DNA from: Bryobacterales bacterium
Lineage (GTDB): Bacteria > Acidobacteriota > Terriglobia > Bryobacterales > Bryobacteraceae
Length of the DNA: 64,000 nt
Direction of reading: 5' to 3'
Assembly: GCA_963772905.1 (NCBI GenBank)
Contig: CAVYZD010000001.1
Span: 926,144-990,143, forward strand
Positions 19,841 through 26,478 of this stretch are shown piece by piece. How positions within the stretch are numbered: the stretch's first letter is position 1; each line of letters opens with the position of its first letter. Below the pieces are notes generated by a model, which saw only the letters and a program-made list of their open reading frames with translations, had not been told where the DNA came from and made no database searches. The position numbers were made by a program, and so were the translations under genes.

Positions 19841-20008
19841 TCACCCGAAGATGTACCCGAGCAGACCGCGGAAGAAATGTTCGAATTGGTCGAAACTGAC
19901 GAGCTGCCCCGTCATGATGCAGCGCAGCACATAGAGCGAGAGGCAGACCAGCAGGAAAATCCCGGTCAGCTTTTGCACCCACGCCCACAGCCCAAGAATG
20001 CGATCCAT
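19841..20008 (-). CDS. possible 55-aa membrane protein
   Basis: Own translation: GGAGAGGAG lies 7 nt upstream of the ATG. Product MDRILGLWAWVQKLTGIFLLVCLSLYVLRCIM... It is packed tightly between neighbouring genes. Confidence 0.4.
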   Translation of the reverse strand: MDRILGLWAWVQKLTGIFLLVCLSLYVLRCIMTGQLVSFDQFEHFFRGLLGYIFG

Positions 20009-20021
20009 AAGAACTCCTCTC

Positions 20022-20189
20022 CTATCGCCCGCCCGTGAGCCAGGTGAAGTCGGATGTCATCAATTCGTCGGGGGTAAGCAAATGCCCGGTGTGAAACGAA
20101 GCCGCCACCCACAACACCGCTGCCACGGTCAGACATGTCCAGGCATAGATTTCAAATACCCGCTTGCCGATATGCCATATCCGACGCAT
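20022..20189 (-). CDS. possible 55-aa membrane protein
   Basis: Own translation: MRRIWHIGKRVFEIYAWTCLTVAAVLWVAASFH... The ATG lies 1 nt after the stop of 20191-20466. Confidence 0.4.
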   Translation of the reverse strand: MRRIWHIGKRVFEIYAWTCLTVAAVLWVAASFHTGHLLTPDELMTSDFTWLTGGR

Positions 20190-20190
20190 G

Positions 20191-20466
20191 TCAAAGCCAT
20201 CCTTTCGCCCGAAGCAGTTTCTTGTCGCTCTCGGCTGTGATCGGCGTCGTTTTCAAGACGCCTTTCAGCATCAGCTCGAAATCGGCGTTTTCTGTCGCAT
20301 TGGCGAGCAGGGCTCCGCCGACGATGCTTTTCAGGCGCTCGTATTCTCGCCACTCCCGTTTCTGCTGTTTCACCCGCTCAGCCGCGAGCTTCGCCCGTAT
20401 CTCGGCTTCGCGCTTTCTGAGAAGCTCAATCCGTTCGTTGCGATTTCCGTTGTTGTTGTCGTTCAT
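20191..20466 (-). CDS. TraD-like small conjugal transfer protein (tentative)
   Basis: 91 aa. A coiled basic N-terminus is followed by KSIVGGALLANATEN, resembling the small Ti-type TraD proteins encoded next to traG. Confidence 0.45.
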   Translation of the reverse strand: MNDNNNGNRNERIELLRKREAEIRAKLAAERVKQQKREWREYERLKSIVGGALLANATENADFELMLKGVLKTTPITAESDKKLLRAKGWL

Positions 20467-20737
20467 GGCCTTCCTTCCTTTGCTTTTTCATCAAGTCGCT
20501 GATCGCCGCCGTCACGCTGAGCCGAAACCACTTTTGCGGCATGAAGCCCGGACCTTGCGGCGGCAGCACGACGAACGGGTTGATAGTCAGGATGCCGCGC
20601 CTGTTTTTCTTCGTCTTGCGCGCAATCACTGCCGCCAACTCGCCCTTGGGATCGAGCAGCACGATGCTACGTTCTGGAGAAAGCAGGGCGTCGAGAGGCT
20701 CCCGGCCCGACGCTTTTCGTTTCTTGTTGTTGTTCAT
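20426..20737 (-). pseudogene. internally deleted remnant of a second TraG/VirD4 coupling-protein gene
   Basis: The product contains IVLLDPKGELAAV...INPF and then directly KWFRLSVTAAISDL. In the intact TraG, the matching blocks LIIDPKGELCAV...IDPF and KWFRLCVSAWLNEL are about 200 aa apart. Confidence 0.5.
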
Positions 20738-20748
20738 TGAATGCAACC

Positions 20749-21042
20749 TCAATCCTCGAAGCTGTAGCCTGTGGGGTCGTTGCACCACGCGCCCCAGATT
20801 TCGGCGTTGTGACGCGCGGCCCATGCTTCGCCGTAGATGACCTCGGCAGCGAAGGAGAGAGCGCCGTCAGTGGTGGGAATTGGAATGGGGGAGCCGGTAA
20901 GCTCCCCCGAGATGGCCGCACCCGGTAAGGCGCAGCCGTTTGTGACCGGGACCGCCTCATCGTGCTTTCCCGCGTCTCGATAGATCGTTTTCAGGCCGGT
21001 CGGAGTCATCTGCGAATACCAATCCGTAACGGAACGGTTCAA
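20749..21042 (-). CDS. hypothetical protein
   Basis: 97-aa ORF with no recognisable motifs. It is co-directional with the transfer genes. Confidence 0.35.
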   Translation of the reverse strand: MNRSVTDWYSQMTPTGLKTIYRDAGKHDEAVPVTNGCALPGAAISGELTGSPIPIPTTDGALSFAAEVIYGEAWAARHNAEIWGAWCNDPTGYSFED

Positions 21043-21111
21043 TTATAAAGATGCAGATCGCGGATGCGGAGTTTCGACTTTTTACCCAACCGGGCGGATA
21101 ATGGTAATTAG

Positions 21112-22155
21112 ATGCCTCCCGATAAGCGCAAATCCATTACGCCGGCTACCGAGCCGTCATCAGAGTGGATGCCATATGTGCATGCCTGGAAAACGGAGAC
21201 AATCGAGTGGCTTGAGATACATCTTCCAGGAGTAGAAGGCCCAAACGCGCAGGGGCGGATCGATGGGCGTACCCTTATCGTGGAGGGCCACCGCAGAATT
21301 CCAACTCAGAACGCGCTCGTTCCTTTTTCCCTGAGCCTCAACCTGCCATCAACCTACAGCATCGAAAGCCGTGAGGCTCGTTTCGACAGAGACGTTCTAA
21401 CGATCAAATTCCTCAAGGCGACCGCAGTTCGCAAAGACGGCGTTCTGACCCTTTCTTTCCCCGAAACCCCCGATCCCGCCAAGCCGTCGTTTCGCGAGGC
21501 GTTGCGCTCCTTGGGCGCTCGCGTACCGGACCCCGCCGGCGTGCCTTTTTCCATTGACATCGTTAGGCCTACTTCGGCTACGATCCCTCAACCCGAACAT
21601 GAATTCACCCATGAAACGAAGATGGTTGAGGACGATTACGCACTCCAGCTAGGCCGCATACTTGCGCAGAAGGCGATTACAAAGGCAGGAAAGCGCTATT
21701 TCCCGCTTTCCCTCGCTGCGCCACTGGCGCAAGCACCCGAAACGACACTTCGCGACTGGATCACCAAGAAAACCAAATTCGCCGGGCGAACGATTCAGAC
21801 GCATACCTCGCCGACCGCCGGAATCTATATCAGCGAAGAATCCGTCAACAGAATGGCGAACCGTTTCATCAAATGGCCATCGCAAGAACCGGCCGGGCGG
21901 GTCACGATTGGCGAAACTGACGACCAAAGCGGCTATATCGGACTTACAGACGCCGCCCGTATGATCGGAGTTGAACGTCATACGATCTGGCGCTGGGCTA
22001 CAAAGGGAACTTCCCCGACTGAAAACACACTCGATATCATCAAATGTCCGGCCTCGGAACAGTTCTATATCAGCGAAAAGGACGTCGAGAGTTTAAAGAG
22101 CGTCGTTCCGCGCAGCGGGCTTAGACGAGGCCCCCGGTCACATCTCACTCCGTAA
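21112..22155 (+). CDS. hypothetical protein: Hsp20/ACD-like N-domain plus two tandem excisionase-type HTH repeats
   Basis: The N-terminus IEWLEIHLPGVEGPNAQGRIDGRTLIVEGHRR ... ARFDRDVLTIKF resembles alpha-crystallin blocks. TTLRDWITKK...GIYISEESVNRM and HTIWRWATKG...QFYISEKDVESL are an internal duplication. Confidence 0.6.
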   Translation: MPPDKRKSITPATEPSSEWMPYVHAWKTETIEWLEIHLPGVEGPNAQGRIDGRTLIVEGHRRIPTQNALVPFSLSLNLPSTYSIESREARFDRDVLTIKFLKATAVRKDGVLTLSFPETPDPAKPSFREALRSLGARVPDPAGVPFSIDIVRPTSATIPQPEHEFTHETKMVEDDYALQLGRILAQKAITKAGKRYFPLSLAAPLAQAPETTLRDWITKKTKFAGRTIQTHTSPTAGIYISEESVNRMANRFIKWPSQEPAGRVTIGETDDQSGYIGLTDAARMIGVERHTIWRWATKGTSPTENTLDIIKCPASEQFYISEKDVESLKSVVPRSGLRRGPRSHLTP

Positions 22156-22501
22156 CTTCGCCAGCTGGCGGCTCTCTCCGGTATTTGCTCCCTTCCGTAG
22201 CAGTTTGGTAGTATTAAGGTGTGGGCAGCATCGATCCATTCGCCCGCACTCCGAGGCGTCAGCCCGACACGCTAGCCGGCACCTTCGCCGTCCTTGATAC
22301 CAGCGCGTCGCCATGGACAAGCACAGTTCCTTCAACCGTTACGCTCGAAGGCAAGCCATCACCGATCAGGTTTCGGGATCGCCGGGTATGTTGGTCAGTC
22401 CCGGTGTTTTCTCCTTCCTGTTTTCAGTGCTGCATAATCGCAAGCCTGACCGATGCAAGCCGTAGCGCGTCCGGCGTGCCTGTCAAAAGGTGGTTTCTCG
22501 C

Positions 22502-22543
22502 AATTTTTCCTTGCATGCGCACCGCTGCGCGGACGGAAAAATT
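22502..22543 (+). promoter_or_regulatory. hairpin H0 upstream of ORF 22649
   Basis: AATTTTTCC (22502-22510) pairs perfectly with GGAAAAATT (22535-22543). The 24-nt loop contains CCGCTGCGC. Confidence 0.5.
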
Positions 22544-22648
22544 CCTGCGATACCGCTGCGCGCTTTTGACATTCCCGCCTCGGGAGACGCGCTTCACGGA
22601 ATGCATCGGCTGCGATCATGCAGCCCACTTTCAACAAAGGAGAACACC

Positions 22649-22915
22649 ATGTCAGACAACAAACAACCCGCAGCAAAGATCAACCTTCATCCGGTTTCGG
22701 CCGCCATCTGGCGAAACGAGAACCAGAAGGGAGTCTTCTACTCCGTCACCTTCGAACGCAGCTACAAGGATGACGACGGCAAATGGCACCGCTCCGGCAG
22801 CTTCAACGCGAGCGATCTGCTTCTGCTGGCGAAAGTCGCCGATCTGGCCCACAGCGAGATTTACAAGCTCCGGGCCGGCGACCGTAATTCGCAGACCGAA
22901 GACGAGGCCGCCTGA
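22649..22915 (+). CDS. small hypothetical protein, possibly PC4/YdbC-like ssDNA-binding fold
   Basis: ATG lies after AAAGGAGA. The 88-aa product reads ...AAIWRNENQKGVFYSVTFERSYKDDDGKWHRSGSFNASDLLLLAKV. The giant track ORF 22221-23960 is not credible. Confidence 0.6.
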   Translation: MSDNKQPAAKINLHPVSAAIWRNENQKGVFYSVTFERSYKDDDGKWHRSGSFNASDLLLLAKVADLAHSEIYKLRAGDRNSQTEDEAA

Positions 22916-22924
22916 CCTCGCGGG

Positions 22925-22962
22925 GCAGGGCGCTCTTCATCGGGCGCTCTGCTCCTTTTTCT
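22925..22962 (+). terminator. putative intrinsic terminator
   Basis: GCAGGGCGC..(loop)..GGCGCTCTGC forms a stem with one mismatch, followed by TCCTTTTTCT. It lies directly after the stop at 22915. Confidence 0.45.
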
Positions 22963-22992
22963 CCATCAACCAGCGACAGCAAGGAAAGCGCA

Positions 22993-23178
22993 ATGCAAAT
23001 CAATTTAAAATGGCAGGTCCTCGACGACGACCGCATCGCCCTAATTTTCGACAAGACGGCATGGGAGCCGTTTCGAGCTCTGGCAACCGAACGCGGAATC
23101 CTCGCAACCGAGATGATCGCCGATGCCGTTGCACGACTCCTCGGCCCGCATGTAGCGAGACGCGCCAACGACGGTTGA
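22993..23178 (+). CDS. small hypothetical protein
   Basis: 61-aa ORF with AAGGAAAG 5 nt upstream of the ATG. Confidence 0.4.
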   Translation: MQINLKWQVLDDDRIALIFDKTAWEPFRALATERGILATEMIADAVARLLGPHVARRANDG

Positions 23179-23376
23179 CGAGCATACGATCGCGGTGTGC
23201 TTTTCGCAGCACCCCGCTTTCTTTTCTATTGTCCAAAGCCGCGTCTGCGCCGGGCGATTCTCAGACCCTTGGCCGTCAATCTGTTTTCGACAAGACTTCT
23301 CGCACCAGAATAAAACCGGACCGCCCGCGGCGTACGAAAATCACGCATAGCTTGCGCGATTTTAGTCCAAGCAGAC

Positions 23377-23507
23377 AATTTTTCCGCTTTCTGATCTGGA
23401 CATGGCAGCCCTGCGCTGTCGCTACGGGCGTGTCCATGTCCAGACACGTTATCGCGCCGCATATCCGTGGCGGCGCGATGTTGCCCTTCGGGGAAACGAA
23501 AAAATTC
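23377..23507 (+). promoter_or_regulatory. branched hairpin element H1 upstream of ORF 23595
   Basis: Perfect 11-bp stem 23395-23405/23434-23444 and perfect 10-bp stem 23451-23460/23470-23479. The outer arms AATTTTTCC (23377-23385) and CGAAAAAATTC (23497-23507) pair partially. The 3' box CCCTTCGGGGAAACGAAAAAATTCT is shared with H2 and H4. Confidence 0.55.
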
Positions 23508-23594
23508 TCCGCCTGCGCCTCGGACGGTCCGGTTTTTTTCTGGCCCCACGTTCTGGCGCAATCCCGCGCCAGCGGAACCCAACGGAGAACAATC

Positions 23595-23960
23595 ATGGGG
23601 CTCGATATGTATGCCTTCGTCACGCGCAAAGCCATTCCGCCAGTCGATTTCGACGACCCGGAAGATGCTTTCGAAATCTTTTACTGGCGCAAACACCCGA
23701 ACCTCCACGGCTGGATGGAACGCGTTTACCGGAACAAGGGTGGTCTCGACGAGGTTTTTAATCTTGTTCCTGTCCGCCTTGACCAGTCTGATCTGGATGC
23801 GCTTGAGCAGACCGTCAATACAGGCTCACTCCCGGTTACCGCCGGCTTCTTCTTCGGGGTGTCATCCCCCGATGACAAGAAGGACGATCTTGAGTTTCTC
23901 CGCTTGGCTCGACAAGCCATTAAGGAGGGGAAGCAGGTGTATTACATAACATGGTGGTGA
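23595..23960 (+). CDS. conserved-looking hypothetical protein (121 aa)
   Basis: ATG lies after ACGGAGA. The product is MGLDMYAFVTRK...FYWRKHPNLHGWMERVY...ITWW. This is the only protein-like part of track ORF 22221-23960. Confidence 0.65.
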   Translation: MGLDMYAFVTRKAIPPVDFDDPEDAFEIFYWRKHPNLHGWMERVYRNKGGLDEVFNLVPVRLDQSDLDALEQTVNTGSLPVTAGFFFGVSSPDDKKDDLEFLRLARQAIKEGKQVYYITWW

Positions 23961-24038
23961 CACACATTGCCGGATGTGGAGATGCCCTCGGGCGTCTCCA
24001 CTTCAACCGAGGCCGCGTTTGCCGCGCCGCGCGGACCA

Positions 24039-24240
24039 CAAGGGCAAACTCTCCGCTCCGTCCTCGCGCGTTGCACGCGCTCCAACTCCGCTGCGACTTT
24101 GCGCTTGGGCGAATTTTACGCTGGCGCTTCGTTTCGGCCTTGACCGCCCTCCGCTGCGCTACGTGCCGTCAAGACCCAAGCCCTTCGGGGAAACGAAAAA
24201 TTCTTCCGCGCCCCGGCGTGCCGCCGGGCCTTGAGGCCTC
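24039..24240 (+). repeat. ~200-bp intergenic repeat, copy A (contains hairpin H2 24111-24203)
   Basis: About four-fifths identical by eye to 25398-25602. Inner stem GGCCTTGAC (24136-24144) pairs with GTCAAGACC (24168-24176). CGTTTC pairs with GAAACG, and GAATTTT with AAAAATTC. Confidence 0.7.
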
Positions 24241-24469
24241 CGGTGCCGATTGCGAACGGACCTTTTGACGGCTTGCGGAGTTTATGTTAACGATGTCCAA
24301 ACCCAACATTATCGAAAATAGGCTCACTGTCTTTTCCTGCGGGTCGTGCGTCGGTCTCGTCTTTAACGAGGTCGTCCCAAGCTCGTGCGGGGGAAGGGGC
24401 TTTTTTCTTTGGGTCGCAACACGGCGGATCTCCACATGGTGGGTGGCCGCTTTCAGCAGGAGCCCGGAA

Positions 24470-24715
24470 ATGCCCCAGAACGAAAACGTTCTTACCCGCC
24501 GAAACCGCTCAAGGAAGATTCACGGGATAAGCACCACGCCTCCCCATCCCTTGGCATGGGCCATAACCGGAAACCAGGTGTATCCGATCAATGACCTTCG
24601 CCAGCATTCGCTTCGCGATTGCTGGTGCCGCCCGATCGACGATGAGGGCGTGTCCGTGCATAACAGCCTTGATGGCCGCGAAATTTATGAGCGTGGCGAG
24701 AGAAAACTTTCTTAG
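24470..24715 (+). CDS. small hypothetical protein (81 aa)
   Basis: ATG lies 7 nt after AGGAG. The product reads ...KIHGISTTPPHPLAWAITGNQVYPINDLRQHSLRDCWCRPIDDEGVSVHNSLDGREIYERGE, a pattern I associate with small conjugative-element proteins. Confidence 0.6.
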   Translation: MPQNENVLTRRNRSRKIHGISTTPPHPLAWAITGNQVYPINDLRQHSLRDCWCRPIDDEGVSVHNSLDGREIYERGERKLS

Positions 24716-24798
24716 TCGGCCGGCGGCGGATCGTCGCATTAGCCCAGCACCATTCGCTGCTACCGCAGCAGTTGGCAGGGGACTCCGTCCCCTCGGCT

Positions 24799-24888
24799 GT
24801 CAACCAAAAAGAAAACTGAGACACACATCGTTGCTTTTTGCTGATAGGCGCAAAAAGACAAACGATGTTGCTCACTTTTTGGTTGGAC
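24799..24888 (+). promoter_or_regulatory. long imperfect hairpin H3 upstream of ORF 24967
   Basis: Outer stem 24799-24811/24875-24888 has one bulge. Inner stem 24826-24841/24850-24867 has two bulged A residues. The loop is 7-8 nt. Confidence 0.55.
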
Positions 24889-24916
24889 AGCCACACCCCC
24901 GTTCTCGGCGAAGCCA

Positions 24917-24940
24917 GGGTTGCAGCAGCTGCTGCAACCC
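24917..24940. promoter_or_regulatory. perfect 24-bp palindrome GGGTTGCAGCAGCTGCTGCAACCC
   Basis: Read directly from the sequence. It ends 26 nt upstream of the ATG at 24967. Confidence 0.6.
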
Positions 24941-24966
24941 AAAACTAACGAGAAAGGAAGGACAAC

Positions 24967-25248
24967 ATGCCAAGAGGAAGAAAACCATCAACCGAGCCGT
25001 TTCGCCGCAGTCAGGTCGTGTCGCCGGTTCCCTCCGAGAGGAGATACGGCAGGCCGCCAAAGGCCGTAAAGAAGAGTTTCGACATCTACGTCAGCGATAT
25101 CGAAACCGGCGAGGAGACGCTGGCTTTAACGGTGTTCGCGGTCGATCAGCGAAACGCCACCCAGACGGCCAAAAAACTGCTCCAATCCTCGCCGCTGATG
25201 CGCAAGATTACCTATGCCGCGTACAGCGCCGTGGAGGTCAAGGAATGA
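24967..25248 (+). CDS. small hypothetical protein (93 aa)
   Basis: ATG lies after GAAAGGAAGG. The N-terminus is basic. Confidence 0.5.
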   Translation: MPRGRKPSTEPFRRSQVVSPVPSERRYGRPPKAVKKSFDIYVSDIETGEETLALTVFAVDQRNATQTAKKLLQSSPLMRKITYAAYSAVEVKE

Positions 25249-25397
25249 GAAGGCACTACCGGCTGGTATCCCACAAAGAAAGTGAGGCCCAACCGAAATG
25301 ATGAGCAGGGGGGACGCGCGTCCGGGCGCGTCCCTTTCATTGGCGGCGAAGGCGCTGTACCAAGCGGTCGGCAGCTCGTCCTTCCCGGCGCGGGCCT

Positions 25398-25602
25398 CAA
25401 GGGCAAACTCTCCGCTGCGTTGTCGCGCATTTTATGCGCTCCACCTCCGCTTCGACTTTGCTCACGTCAGAAGTTTTCCGCTGTCGCTTCGTTTCGGCCT
25501 TGACGGCTCTACGCTCCGCTCCGTTCCGTCAAGACCCAAGCCCTTTGGGGAAACGAAAAAATTCTTCCGTGGCCCGACATGCTGCCGGGCCTTGAAGCCT
25601 CA
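25398..25602 (+). repeat. ~200-bp intergenic repeat, copy B (contains hairpin H4 25470-25567)
   Basis: It has the same stems as copy A (25496-25504/25528-25536 and so on), but the loop sequence differs. Confidence 0.7.
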
Positions 25603-25894
25603 GCTTTGCATTTCTTTGGTCTCTGACCGTATCGGCACGGGTGCATATTCGTGCATGCAGCCAATCGATCAGGCCTTCCACGGAAACATTCAAAGCGGTG
25701 AGACCCACTCGTTTCCGAAGTTATCCACATGGTCGGCAGCGCTCGCAGCTTACAACGCGCGCTTCCATTTTTTCTCCCTATTGCCCGCGGCTTTTTCGCC
25801 GAATGCGCATGAGTGTCAGGGTGAGTACGTTGCTATCGGCTTCCGAAGTGCGGGACGCGAAGCGGCCCGCACTTCACATCGTTCATGGAAACGA

Positions 25895-26050
25895 CGTTCC
25901 GCAAGCGGAACGCTGAAAAAAAGAATTGCAGCGGCACTGATTCTCCGATTCAAGGAACGGTGTAGCAGCCGGATAGTGCGGAGTGACAAGGTATGTGTTT
26001 GTCGGACCGCGCAGCCTCCGGCAGCCCGGTCCCAAACACCCTTGCAAGGG
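25895..26050. other. candidate oriT region (position-based only)
   Basis: Non-coding stretch immediately upstream of mobC and the relaxase gene. It contains palindromes CGTTCCGC-AA-GCGGAACG (25895-25912) and CCCTTGCAAGGG (26039-26050). No known nic consensus was recognised. Confidence 0.25.
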
Positions 26051-26097
26051 GGCTCCGCCCCCGTTGACCCCCGTGAAGATCGTTCCGAAAGGACCCG

Positions 26098-26478
26098 ATG
26101 AACGGCAGGCCAGAAACCAAACGGAGCAGCGGCAGCGAAAATCGTAAGCGTTACCCGCGCGTGTACTCCCGTGTGACTGTCGCTGAGCGCGACCAGATCA
26201 TAATGGACGCCGAAGCGCATGGATTTACGGTCGGCTCCTATCTGCGCTGGTTAGCGCTTGACCACCCGCAGACCCGTCCCGTGCGCCGGCCACTCCCAGA
26301 AGAGAAACTGCTCGCCCAAATCAAGGGCGGTGCGGGTAAGGTGGACGGCAACATCGCGCAGCTGGTCAGGCGTGCCAATCGCGGTGAGATTGTGGATGTT
26401 GAGGAACTGGCCGACGCCGCGAAGGCGGTCAGTGATTTTTACCGAGCCGCCCTCGAACTCCTGAAAGGCGGCCATTAA
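26098..26478 (+). CDS. mobC: MobC-family relaxosome accessory protein
   Basis: 126 aa. GKVDGNIAQLVRRANRGE matches the MobC GNNLNQIAR-type block. It overlaps the relaxase start by 1 nt. Confidence 0.8.
   Translation: MNGRPETKRSSGSENRKRYPRVYSRVTVAERDQIIMDAEAHGFTVGSYLRWLALDHPQTRPVRRPLPEEKLLAQIKGGAGKVDGNIAQLVRRANRGEIVDVEELADAAKAVSDFYRAALELLKGGH

Noticed and set aside
22566-22571. TTGACA hexamer upstream of ORF 22649 as a sigma-70 promoter
   Set aside because: No acceptable -10 hexamer lies at 16-18 bp spacing, so a promoter cannot be supported from sequence alone.
22221-23960. 579-aa ORF, the longest + strand ORF in the small-gene region
   Set aside because: The composition is extreme (Arg/Pro/Ser/Thr-rich). 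It runs through intergenic hairpins, a terminator-like structure and two other better-supported small genes in other frames. Only its last 121 codons (from the ATG at 23595, which has an RBS) look like a protein.
24039-25602. Possibility that the repeated ~200-bp elements are a CRISPR array or MITEs
   Set aside because: There are only two full copies plus partial boxes. The units are ~200 bp and the spacing is irregular, at ~1.1-1.4 kb, with genes in between. There are no short direct repeats with uniform spacers and no terminal inverted repeats with target duplications.
25298-26101. 267-aa + strand ORF spanning repeat copy B and the pre-mobC gap
   Set aside because: It begins inside the intergenic repeat, has no RBS and is rich in Ser, Arg and Ala. 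The homologous repeat copy A is not coding in the same frame.
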